A stretch of DNA of 64,000 bases, from the NCBI RefSeq assembly GCF_006345805.1, contig NW_021830458.1, forward strand, positions 1,754 through 65,753. The letters run 5' to 3'. Source of the DNA: Octopus sinensis. Its lineage: Eukaryota. The translations under genes were made by a program, and so were the position numbers. The notes beneath the pieces were generated by a model, which saw only the letters and a list, made by a program, of their open reading frames with translations, was not told the DNA's origin and did no database searches. Positions 50,913 through 63,456 of this stretch are shown here, piece by piece (positions within the stretch are counted from its first letter, which is position 1; every line of letters starts with the position of its first letter).

Positions 50913-50915
50913 CAT
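50788..50915. repeat. (ATCT)n microsatellite
   Basis: Directly visible. Confidence 0.95.
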
Positions 50916-51721
50916 CCAAGAGTTAAGGAACAGAATAGATAAGATCCGGGCTACATATGTTTCATAGCGAGTGGAACCCCAGAAGTGGTAAATATCCAAG
51001 CGAGGTGTATACCGCAGGCTACTCTTCTAAGCGACTGATCCTCAATATTGCAAGTATTGTTGTTATGGTTTAAAGAAAAAAAAGTCCTCTTTCTGTATGA
51101 GACACATAACCCAGCCCCGTCCCACCACGTAGTCACACTCACAGATGTTCTCATATTTCAGGATGACCTTCAGATTTTTGGTCCTGTTAGAGGATCATTA
51201 AAGAATCTCTGTATCTTGTAATGCATTTAATTCAATTCATTATTGCCCGGCTGCGAACGGAATCGATCTAATTATTGCATTGATCAGGTTTACAGTGAAG
51301 CAACTGTAAATTTGAGCCTTTATTTGTTTCAGTCATGTGTGTAGGACCTATTTATTGCCGAGTGGACTGTGGCACTTTAGAATTAAAATACCACGAATTT
51401 CTCACCCGAATCGACCATATTTAAGACTTGTCCTTTTCCAGTGGGGGACCCGGACACACGAACACACATTACAAAATACACACATATCTACACACATACA
51501 TATCTCCACGTATATGTGTGTAGATCATGTTCCATAAAGCCACACCGACGTATCTATATATAGTGTGAAATATTGAGAAAGGGATAGAATAAGTGAGAAA
51601 GAGGGAGAGAGAGAAAGGGAGAGAGAGAGAGAGGGGGGAGACGGAGTCAGGTAGGAAAACAAAAAAGAAATTAGAAACAAGGGAAAATATGCATAAAAAT
51701 AATACAGGTAAAAAAAAAAGA

Positions 51722-51793
51722 AGGGGACACCCGGGTTCGAACCAGGGACCTCTCGATCTGCAGTCGAATGCTCTACCACTGAGCTATATCCCC
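51722..51793 (-). tRNA. tRNA-Cys-GCA: tRNA-Cys (GCA), copy 4
   Basis: Identical to copy 2 (CCTGG T stem); T10 at 51710-51719. Confidence 0.97.
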
Positions 51794-51997
51794 AACTACA
51801 CGCAGGCTCTCTATTTTTGTTAATTTAAACAAAACAGTAGTTCTTACTTAGCCTAGTGCTGTTTGTCATTTGAACTATGAATCAGCTGTTCTATTTTGTT
51901 TTTTCCCACTGACGCAATCTTGAACAACCTGTTGTCAAGTTCTGTCGTGAAGCATAAACATATCGTGGTCAGCCGGATTTGGATACACACCCACCTA

Positions 51998-52045
<48 letters not shown>

Positions 52046-52102
52046 CTTGCCTGCCTGCCTACCTATCTACCTACTTACCTACCTACTTACCTACCTACAT
52101 AC

Positions 52103-52342
52103 CTATTTCTTTATTACCCACAAGGGGCTAAACACAGAGGGGGACAAACAAGGACAGACATTAAGTCCAGGTATTAAGTCGATTACATCGACCTCAGTGC
52201 GCAACTGGTACATAATTTATCGACCCCGAAAGGATTAAAGGCAAAGTCGACCTCGGCGGAATTTGAACTCACAACGTAACGCAGACGAGATACCGCTAAG
52301 CATTTCGCCCGGCGTGCTAACATTTCTGCCAGCTCGCCGCCT
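52103..52342 (-). mobile_element. SINE family B, LINE-type tail, inside a (CCTA)n tract
   Basis: Tail CCTATTTCTTTATTACCC to head GCCAGCTCGCCGCCTT. Confidence 0.9.
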
Positions 52343-52960
<618 letters not shown>

Positions 52961-53379
52961 TATCTATTTGCGAACACTGTCCCTCACCAGTCATTTGTAT
53001 TATGTATTTATCCATTATATATAATATTTGCCGTAAATCACGCCGTAAATCACCCAGATTAGCTGCTGACCTACATATTCACACACATATAAGTACTCTT
53101 CCTTTAAACTTTGTACAAACCACACACCACTTCTCATATATCCTTCCTTGTTGTCATTTCCGTTGTTTCTTTCTTAATCAAAGTTGTTCGACATTTTTCT
53201 ACTCAGAAAGAGGAAATCGGAATCTAGATATAATAATACCCAGATGATAATACTTTCCTAACACCTTGTATTTAAACAATACATTCTTGTCGTCAAATGT
53301 TTGTTTCGGAACACTTCTTCTCACAATGTCTATGTTCTATACGATTTTTTCACGGCCCCTGAAAAACTACTGCGGACCT

Positions 53380-53386
53380 CCGTACA

Positions 53387-53422
<36 letters not shown>

Positions 53423-53655
53423 TACATACATACATACATGCATACATACATACATACATACATACGTACATACGTACATACATACTTGCATACATACATA
53501 CATACATACATACATACATACATACATACATACATACATACATACGTACATACATACATACAAACATACATACATACATACATAAATACATACATACATA
53601 CATACATACATACGTACATACGTACATACATACGTACATACATACATACATACAA
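53380..53655. repeat. (TACA)n microsatellite
   Basis: Directly visible. Confidence 0.95.
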
Positions 53656-53685
53656 AATATATGTATTTTGAAAAATATATAGAGT

Positions 53686-53835
53686 ATTGGCTGTGTGGTA
53701 AGTAGCTTGCTAACCAACCACATGGTTCCGGGTTCAGACCCACTGCGTGGCACCTTGGGCAAGTGTCTTCTACTATAGCCTTGGGCCGACCAAAGAAGCC
53801 CATTGTATATATATACATATATATATACATATATA

Positions 53836-53925
<90 letters not shown>

Positions 53926-54165
53926 AAGTGTGTGTGTTTGTGTGTATGTGTGCTTGTGTGCCTGTGTTTGTCCCTCCACCATCGCTTGACAACCGATGCT
54001 GGTATGTTTACGTCCCTGTAACTTTGCGGTTCTGCAAAAGATACCGATAGAATAAGTACTAGGCTTACAAAGAATAAGTCCTGGGGGTTGATTTGTTCGA
54101 CTAAAGGCGGTGCTCCAGCATGGCCGCAGTCAAATGACCGAATCAAATAAAAGAATAAAAAGAAT
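53686..54165 (+). mobile_element. SINE family A, near full length, long internal (TA)n(TG)n
   Basis: TGGCTGTGTGGTAAGTAG head; tail GCGGTGCTCCAGCATGGCCGCAG. Confidence 0.9.
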
Positions 54166-54409
54166 AATATATTCACTCTTTACTATACAAGTTGATTACA
54201 ACATTTTACGCTTCCGTGCTTTTTTTGTTTCGATTAATTAGACTATGAAGAGCTCCATCCATGACCTTCTTAAAGAAGGTTATGACAGTTTATTTTTTGA
54301 TTTTACTTGTCAAATCTAGAAAAGGGGGACAATGTCCATGGTCTGTGCAGGACCAGCCCATAACCTTTTGTAAGATCTCTGAGCGTTGTTTCATCTATTA
54401 TTTGTTTTT

Positions 54410-54600
54410 ATTTGTTTCAGTAATCAAACTGTGACCATGCTGGAGTACCGCCTTGAGGAATTTTAGTCGAACAAATCGACCCCCCCCCGCCCAACTTATT
54501 TTGCTTTTAAGCCCGCTGCTTACGCTGTCGGTCTGTCTTGCCGAACTAAGTTACGGGGACGTAAACTCACCGACATCGGTTGTCAAGCGGTGGTGGAGGA
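54410..54600 (-). mobile_element. SINE family A 3' half, diverged
   Basis: GACCATGCTGGAGTACCGCC..GTTACGGGGACGTAAAC..GGTTGTCAAGCG. Confidence 0.75.
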
Positions 54601-54987
54601 CAACCCCCCCCATCCACACATTCACATAAACACACATACACAGATACACACACACAAGTACGCATGCACACACGCACACATATCTGTTAACAATAGAATA
54701 CGTTACCGAAAAGGAAGGGAGATATTGGATTCTGTAGTTGGGATGGTCACAGCTGGAATGAATTTGATAGTGTGTCACGTAGTTTCGTGCTGACAACAAC
54801 AATAGCAACTATCATATAGGTTTGAAATCTTGCTGTGTAACAGTCTATAACATGTTATGCTCAGATACGAAAAAAAAAAATTCAGTTTGCAAGCAAATTC
54901 ATTTTGGATTTATACACGACTCCGTTGTTTGTATCTCCCATGCATGCCTGGCAGAATTTACAGACATGCATGGGAAGGAGTGAGAGA

Positions 54988-55076
<89 letters not shown>

Positions 55077-55146
55077 TGGAGGTAGGAGGCAGTGTATCTG
55101 TATGTGTGTGTTGTACTTGTGTTGTTTAAGTATTTGATGCTTATGT

Positions 55147-55790
55147 GGAGGCGCAATGGCCCAGTGGTTGGGGCAGCGGACTTGCGGTCGGAGGATCGCG
55201 GTTTCGATTCCCAGACCGGGTGTTGTGTGTGTTTATTGGGCGAAAACACCTGAAAAACTCCACGACGCTCCGTTCTGAGTTCAAATTCCGCCGAGGTCAA
55301 CTTTGCTTTCATCCTTTCAGGGTCAATAAATTAAGTAAAAGTTGTGTACTGAGGCCAATCTAATCTACTGGCTCCCTCCCCCAAAATTTCGGGCCTTGTG
55401 CCTTGAGTAGAAAAGCTGGCGAGCTGGCAGGAAGTTAGCAGGCCGGATGAAATTTCGTCTGCCGCTACGTTCTGAGTTCAAATTCCGCCGAGGTCGACTT
55501 TGCCTTTCATCCTTACGGGGTCGATTAAATAAGTACCAGTTACACACTGGGGTCGATATAATCGACTTAATCCGTTTGTCTGTCCTTGTTTGTCCTCGCT
55601 GTGTTTAGCCCCTTGTGGGTAGTAAAGAAATAGGTATTTCGTCTGCCGCTACGTTCTGAGTTCAGATTCCGCCGAGGTCGACTTTGCCTTTCATCCTTTC
55701 GGGGTCAATTAAATAAGTACCAGTTACGCACTGGGGTCGATATAATCGACTTAATCCGTTTGTCTGTCCTTGTTTGTCCTCTCTGTGTTT
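55147..55790 (+). mobile_element. Chimeric SINE D head fused to SINE B body, followed by a SINE B tandem array
   Basis: D head 55147-55272; B body from 55267; second B head near 55415 with a unit junction near 55631; truncated at 55790. Confidence 0.85.
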
Positions 55791-56160
55791 ACTGTAGTGT
55801 TGAGTTAGTTGTCTGTACTTCATTGGTGTAAAGTGATTCTTGTTCTTGATCAAGATCTGTGACAACTGCCTCTCTGTTTTCAAAGGAGGGTCTTTCTTTA
55901 CTTTGCTGTAGCTACCATCACTTATAAGACTTGCCAGTTTTTCCGAGTAGTCAGACTTGTTCATTACCACTGTAGCATTTCTCTTGTCCGCTGGAAGTAT
56001 TGTGATGGAATAGTCACTTTGTAGTCTTTTGATAGCGAACCTTTTCTTCCTTAGTGATGTTTGGTTTGAGAAGTTTCGCTTTTTCTAGTACCTGTCTCAC
56101 TTTCCACCTTAGTTCATCTTCCTCAGCTTTTGGTATCGCTAGGGCTATCTCCTCATAATT
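55791..56160 (-). mobile_element. Penelope-like element ORF fragment (N-terminal to RT)
   Basis: ELRWKVRQVLEKAK..KPNITKEEK..AIKRLQSDYSITILPADKRNATVVMNKSDYSEKL..SYSKVKKDP matches the PLE motif N.T..E..A...L..I.I.PADKG..TVVM...DY..K. Confidence 0.9.
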
Positions 56161-56189
56161 GCAGTTATTAATAAATAGCATTACGCTGG

Positions 56190-56800
56190 TAATGGAGGTG
56201 GTGGCGGTGGCGGTGGTGGTGGTGGTCGTCGTCGTCGTTGTTATCGTATGATACAAAAAGGTGAATGTAAAATAGTGGGGGGATGGGAGTTTGTTAGTGT
56301 GGATGGTGTTGGTGGTAGCATTGACCACTACGGCGACGTGGACGACGGAGAAGAAAAAGAAGAAGAAGAAGAAGAAGAAGAAGAAGGTGATGATGATGAT
56401 GATGATGATGACAAACATGATGAAGAAAAAGAAAGGAGGAGAAGAGGAAGAAGACTGGGAAGAGCAAGAGGAGGAGAAGAAGAAGAAGAATGGTAAGAGC
56501 AAGAGGAGAAGAGGATGAAGGAGAAGGGCAAGAGGAGGAGGAGGAGAAGAAGAAGAAGACGGGAAAGAGCAAGAGGAGGAGGAGGAGGAGGAGAAGAAGA
56601 AGAAGAAGAAGAAGAAGAAGAAGGGAAAAAGGAGGAATGATGAGGGTGTTGAGGAGGTGGAGGAGAAGAACGACGATGATGACAATGATGATGATGATAA
56701 TGACGATGGTTGTGATTGTTTTGAAGAAAGATTATGACTTCAGTGAGAGTAGAGAATGGGAGTGAGAGAGGGGAAGAAATAGAGAGAGAGAGAGAGAGAG
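56190..56800. repeat. Compound (GGT)/(GAA)/(GAT)/(GAG)/(GA) microsatellites
   Basis: Directly visible. Confidence 0.95.
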
Positions 56801-57074
56801 AAAAGGTAAGCGTCAGTTTTAGAGGGTAAGGTTGAGGGGAAAGGCGGGTCCTGCAGAATTGTATTGTGCTTGAAAATATATAAACGGGAAACGCAAATGC
56901 ATTGTGGGAATGGTCTTTAGTTGTTGGCAGTTAATCAATGCAAGCACGTCTCCGAAACGACGAAGTTTTATTAAACATAATAAGTTTTAATGAAAATTCA
57001 CAGATGCCAAATTAAAATCATTTTCTCGATGAAAATGTTGGCAATTTCTATTAAATGACTCATTGATTAATTGA

Positions 57075-57104
57075 TTATGAATGTTGTTGTTGCTGTTGTT
57101 GTTG

Positions 57105-57136
<32 letters not shown>

Positions 57137-57205
57137 GGTGGTAGTGTTGTTGTTGTTGTTGATGTTAGTGGTGGTGTGGTGGTGGTGGTGGTGGTGGTGG
57201 TAGTG

Positions 57206-57237
<32 letters not shown>

Positions 57238-57254
57238 GGTGGTGGTGGTGGTAG

Positions 57255-57285
<31 letters not shown>

Positions 57286-57305
57286 GGTGGCGGTGGTGGT
57301 GGTGG
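57075..57305. repeat. (GTT)n/(GGT)n microsatellite
   Basis: Directly visible. Confidence 0.95.
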
Positions 57306-57789
57306 TTGTGGTTTAACCCAAATCAATCACGATTGAGCAAGCCCATGATCAAAGACGTTTCGGCTGTGACCATCTCGTCTTTGTTTAAAAGACATAATGT
57401 ATCTATGATTTCATTAATCTCTGAATACGTAGTCTTATTTATTTATTTATCTATTTATATATTTATTATTATTTTCTTTTTGCTCTTTTGGAGTGTGGTG
57501 TATTTTTAAAATGTTAAAGCAAGCATAGGCAACTTCGAGACAAAGTTCGTCATCAGGCGGGCCTCACTACTAAAATAAAGCTCAAGGTAGGGTGTGCCAT
57601 GGACAGCAGTCTTCCCATGACTGCGGTAATGTGGTTTAAAAGGAAACTTGGACATTATTTCTAGCAGGTCAAGCGATCATACAGATGGTAGATACTTCCT
57701 AACTGGTTCAATGGAATCGTTAATAAAGAGCAATGAAAGAAATTCTTTACTTTATTGTCATTCGGCGGTCGAGATTGTGCTGTTTATGT

Positions 57790-57990
57790 TTTCTACTCTA
57801 GGAACAAGGCCCGAAATTTTGCGAGAAGGGAGCCAGTAGATTAGATCAACCCCAGTACACAACTGGTACTTAATTTATTGACCCCCGAAAGGATGAAAGC
57901 AAAGCTGACCTCGGCGGAATTTGAACTTAGAACGTAAAGACAGACGAAATACTCAAGAAACAGGAGGAGAGAGTGAGAGAAAGTTATGTG
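57790..57990 (-). mobile_element. Old-tail SINE B (57790-57950) abutting a SINE D body fragment
   Basis: B core then ACTCAAGAAACAGGAGGAGAGAGTGAGAGAAAGTT, as in the 60745-61041 copy. Confidence 0.7.
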
Positions 57991-58800
57991 GACGGAATGA
58001 GCAGGAGCATTGTCGTGGTAAAGTTCTTCGCCGCCCACATGTCCGGCCGCTTTCAACGTACAGCAACATGAAGGTGACGTATAACTTCCAGGTATTATCC
58101 CTTATTGATTGGGGGCGTGCTGGTAGAAACGTTAGCAAACCGGGCGAGATGCTTGGCGGTATTTCGTCTGCTGCTCCGTTCTGAATTCAAATTCCGCCGA
58201 GGTCAACTTTGCCTTTCCTCCCTTCGGGGTCGATAAATTAAGTACCAGTTACGCACTGGGGTCGATGTAATCGACTTAATACCTATGTCTGTCCTTGTTT
58301 GTCCCCTCTGTGTTTAGCCCCTTGTGGGTAATAAAGAAATAGGTATATTACGTCTGCGTTACGTTCTGAGTTCAAATTCCGCCGAGGTCGACTTTGCCTT
58401 TCATCCTTTCGGGGTCGATTAATTAAGTACCAGTTACACACTGGGGTCGATGTAATCGACTTAATACCTATGTCTGTCCTTGTTTGTCCCCTCTGTCTTT
58501 AGCCCCTTGTGGGTAATAAAGAAATAGGTATTTCGTCTGCTGCTCCGTTCTGAATTCAAATTCCGCCGAGGTCAGCTTTGCCTTTCCTCCCTAAATTAAG
58601 TACCAGTTGCGTACTGGGGTCGATCTAGCCTCCTCCTCAAAATTTTCGGGCCTTGTGCCTAGAGTAGAAAAAAAATATTCCTTATTGATTGTTTGGCTTT
58701 GTGGTAAGTATTCATGATGCACAATACCACGGGAGTCATAGAAACAGTTCAGCATTACATCTGATCGATATTTTCGGTCATCTTGCGTGAAAACAAAAAA
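57990..58800 (-). mobile_element. Mariner catalytic-domain fragment interrupted by a SINE B array
   Basis: RSDVMLNCFYDSRGIVHHEYLPQSQTINKE (58680-58790) continues as YLEVIRHL..KRPDMW..LYHDNAPAHS (57990-58110). Confidence 0.88.
58111..58675 (+). mobile_element. SINE family B, three-unit array inside one 15-bp TSD
   Basis: TSD TAT(C/T)CCTTATTGATT at 58096-58110 and 58676-58690; units start at 58158, 58342 and 58527. Confidence 0.93.
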
Positions 58801-59252
58801 TACCAGCAAGCGCGCATACACGTCTGTAAATTTTCACGCATGCGCAGGAATGTTGGTGTCACCGGTCATCCAAAGGATTTTATCCACGCAGCATTATTTT
58901 TGGCGAGAAAAGCTAATGTTGAATACCTTTTGAACGCACATCGTAAAGGCATACTTATCAATAATAGATAGTTTTCTTGGTTTAGGTAGAGACTTCCTCG
59001 TTGGCTCATTGTTCTTGGATATGATGTTGTTGTTACTGCTGATGGTGCTAATCGTGATGGTGATAGTTGTAGAGATAGCGATGTTTGTGAGGATGATGAT
59101 GATGATGGTGTGATTTGTGGTTGTAACAATGATAATGGTTGAGCTGATCCTGACTAAACCTAAATTTAAAATGGCGGAATATGTTTCATGCTTTCCGCCA
59201 TTTTCATTTATTTGAATTTGATGGTTGTTTTCGATTTGTAAAAGGATACAAA

Positions 59253-59287
<35 letters not shown>

Positions 59288-60316
59288 AAAATAAATAAAT
59301 AAAAAGAAACAAAAATAGGAAAAAAAAAAAGCAAACAAAAGCAAAAATGAAATAGGAATCTACAAACGTCGAAGAGATGGCATTCCCATCCCGCTACTAA
59401 ATAGATATTTCGTGATGCCAATAGCCATCTCTGTTCTTACATCATTTGCCAAAGTCAATTTTCCAATTTTATTTCTTAGAAACCATTATTTTTCTAGTTA
59501 GTAAATTTTATGGTTTATTTATATTTTTCACTCAAATTTGTTGCCATTACTAAACAGAGAAAAAAGAAAAACAACACAAATTGTAGTGGACCTGTTCGTG
59601 CAGAATTTTAAAACAACTGTTATTGTCTGTGGTGTAAAACCAATCAGACTTAGGTTTTATCTCTTAGGTAGTTTGCATAGAAAACAAGTAAATGTTTAGT
59701 ATTTTATTTTTTTTTTAAATTACTAAACCACGCAAAGTAAAATGAATGTTTTTTTTTCCTCTGAAAAAAAATTACCCCAAACCAAAAACGATATAAAAAC
59801 AAAACAAAGTCTGTAAATGTTGAATTTATATATAAACGTTGTCCTAAATATTAACTACTGGGAGACAATATATACACTTAGTAGAACAACATTGCATATA
59901 GATAGAGATACTGAGCCTATAATAGTCATAGCTTATAATTGTTAGATAGACATCGTCTGGAAACTGATAGATAGACACTGCCTGGAAATGCGAACGAGAT
60001 TAGATAGAGTGCTTTTAGATTTTGACTAGACATAGTCTATAGATTTTCTTTTTGACTGGAAAACATAATATAGAGATATTGAATGTACACACAGAGTTTA
60101 AAGTTTTTTGTTGGATAACTAGTTTCCAAGATACAGTAGAAGGTAAATAAAACGTGATTAGACAGAGTGCTTCTAGCTGTTGACCAGACATAACCCATTG
60201 AGTTTTTGACTGGACAAACACTGCGTCGAGATGTTCAATGTATACATTCAGTTTATAATCTTAAACACACCCAGTTTATAAATTTTGGATGGATATTTCT
60301 CAAGAAGTTTTAGATA

Positions 60317-60668
60317 GGCGCAGACGTGGCTGTGTGGTAAAAAGCTTGCTTCCCAACCATATGTTTCGGGGTTCAGTCCCACTGCGTGGCACCTTGGACA
60401 AGTGTCTTCTACTATAGCCTCAGGTGGATTTAGTTGACGGAAACTGAAAGAAGCTCGTCGTATGTATGTATGTATGTATGTATGTATGTATGTATGTATG
60501 TATGTATGTATGTGTGTATGTATGTATGTACGTAGCTAAAGAATCGATAAAATAAGTATCAAACTTTAAAAACAGAAAAGTACTGGGTTCGTCGAGACAT
60601 TCTACTAAAAATTCTTCAAGGCGGTGCCCCAGCATGGCCGCATTCTAATGACCAAAACAAGTGAAAGA
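60317..60668 (+). mobile_element. SINE family A with internal (TATG)n
   Basis: Head GGCGCAGACGTGGCTGTGTGG; tail GCGGTGCCCCAGCATGGCCGC. Confidence 0.85.
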
Positions 60669-60744
60669 TAGTAAAACATCGTGAGTAGGCAGAATGCTTT
60701 TATATGTTCACCAGACACCTCATAAAAAAAAAAAACGTCACCCT

Positions 60745-61041
60745 TTTCAAGCCTAGCCAGGCTCATGGGCCCCTTTTCTCGGATTCTGTGGCGTATGTGT
60801 TCCCCGCTGCTGGACGGGACGCCAGTCCATCGCAGCGTTACTCAAGAAACAGGAAGAGACAGTGAGAGAAAGTTGTGGCGAAAGAGAACAACAGGGGTCG
60901 CCCCCCCCCCTGCCGGAGCGTCGTGGAGTTTTTCAGGTGTTTTCGCCCAATAAACACACACAACGCCCGGTCGTGGAATCGAAACCGCGATCCTCTGACC
61001 GCGAGTCCGCTGCCCTAACCACTGGGCCATTGCACCTCCAC
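60745..61041 (-). mobile_element. SINE family D, full length
   Basis: Head GGAGGTGCAATGGCCCAGTGGTTAGGGCAGCGGACTCGCGG..GGTTTCGATTCC; tail GCTGCGATGGACTGGCGTCCCGTCCAG shared with family C. Confidence 0.9.
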
Positions 61042-61959
61042 AGACACACCTCATAGACTAATTTAACTGGAAATCACTTCATGAAGTTATTAAATGTAGA
61101 GATACATGTTGACCACGAAGCGACCCACGTACTTTTCTTCTGACTATTCGCTCCTTCTTGCACTTCGCCTTCTCTAGACATTCTTCCACTATCCGACGAA
61201 GAGTCATGCCCGAAATATGAAACATTTTTACTTTTAATTCTCCATCTGAAAACTCTCACCGATCGTCAAACTAATATATTCACCGTGTATGTCCATCTAA
61301 CTTTTGTTGTTTTCATTTTTGTTTTTTCAATTCGCCGTTTGTAATCGATTTGTTTATCGTATTTTTTCTTGGGTGTAAGACTCCATGATAATACTTACTA
61401 CACATAGAAGCTACCATTGGATAAAATGCGTTAAGATGTTGATTAGAGACAGTCTTTGTGCAATTTGACTGGACAGACTGTACATTTTTGACTGCATACG
61501 ACTATTGTCCATTATGAAGATATTTAATACCAAGATGTTGAGTAGGTAGAGAAACACAGACAAAGAGGGATAGAGAGAGAGAGGGGGAAGAGAATATGTG
61601 AGAAAGAGTGTAAAAGATAGTTCGATACCACGATACATTCTGTAGGTGTCGACTAGATAAGAATATAGAGGCCGTATCTTTTCAACAGGATTCAACATTA
61701 TATCAATATTTAGTGAATAGACACCATCACTACAAGCTGTAGAAGTCTACTCTATTGATGAAATCTTCTATAGTATTGTTTATATAACCATACAGAGACT
61801 CGGTGTGAAGATTGCTTTAGGCTGACGTCTAAGTTAATGACAAGACATGACCCGGAAGTAGATTCCATTTACTTTCGGTCTCACATGTCTCCCTCCATGT
61901 CTGCTTGCGACAAATAATTGTGTGGTGTGTGTGGTGTGTGTGGGTGAGTGTGGGTGTAG

Positions 61960-61973
61960 ATATACATACATAC

Positions 61974-62017
<44 letters not shown>

Positions 62018-62154
62018 ATATATATATGTAATATATATATATATGCACACACACATATATATGTGTGTGTTGAGTGTGTGTATATATACATACATACTAC
62101 ATATATATATATATATATATATATCTATATGTATATATGCATGGATATATATTC

Positions 62155-62187
<33 letters not shown>

Positions 62188-62353
62188 TATATGTATGTAT
62201 ATATATATTTACCTACATACACGCACACACACATACACATACTCATACATGTCCGAATAGATATGTATATATACGTTCATTCACGTATATAAAGTGTTTC
62301 TATACATGTATCTAAACATTTATATACATGCATATATGTAGCCACACGCGTGG

Positions 62354-62390
<37 letters not shown>
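61960..62390. repeat. (TA)n/(CA)n microsatellite
   Basis: Directly visible. Confidence 0.9.
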
Positions 62391-62607
62391 ACAGTACGAA
62401 TTAAAAGCATCTTTAGCAATGTAAACATTATCAATCGCGCATGCTCAATCTATGTGTTACGCTTATAAACAAGATAGCGTCCTGGGAAAGCTCCTTGTAC
62501 GACGCCGAGAGTTAAAGAATATTTGAATGTCGCAGAGTAGGCGAGACAACTCGCAGTAAATTCAGTCTATAAACAGAAAAATCCCCAGTGTGTAAGTACA
62601 AACGATA

Positions 62608-63005
<398 letters not shown>

Positions 63006-63039
63006 CTACATACATATTTAAGTGTGTGCGTGTATACAT

Positions 63040-63273
63040 ACTTATTTCTTTACTACCCAGAAAGGGCTAAACACAGAGGAGACAAAAAAAGACAGACAAA
63101 CGGATTAAGACGATTACATCGACCCCAGTGCGTAACTGGTACTTAATTTATCGACTTCGAAAGGATGAAAGGCAAAGTCGACCTTGGCGGAATTTGAACT
63201 CAGAACGTAACGGCAGACGAAATACGGCTACTCATTTCGCCCGGGGTGCTAACGGTTCTGACAGCTCACCGCC
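63040..63273 (-). mobile_element. SINE family B, full length, LINE-type tail
   Basis: CTTATTTCTTTACTACCC to CAGCTCACCGCC. Confidence 0.9.
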
Positions 63274-63456
63274 TATACATACTGATGAAATGTGACGGTC
63301 GAGAGTGTCCTTCTCTTGACTACGGACAGTACGTCAATAGACACAAGCATGCAACTTGTTCTGGCCCTTAACAAAAAGGACCCGGCAATATCCGAGACGT
63401 AACTGGCAGCTCGAGCTAAGAGCAAGAACTCACCTTTTCATAACACGTCTCTGATT

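Noticed and set aside
56014-56765. Acidic/basic low-complexity ORFs
   Set aside because: Trinucleotide microsatellites; only the last ~40 aa of 56014-56685 belong to the Penelope relic.
57531-57557. Another hammerhead-like string on the minus strand (CTGATGACGAACTTTGTCTCGAAG)
   Set aside because: Stem II is mispaired and the GAAA core is broken; may be chance or too decayed to call.
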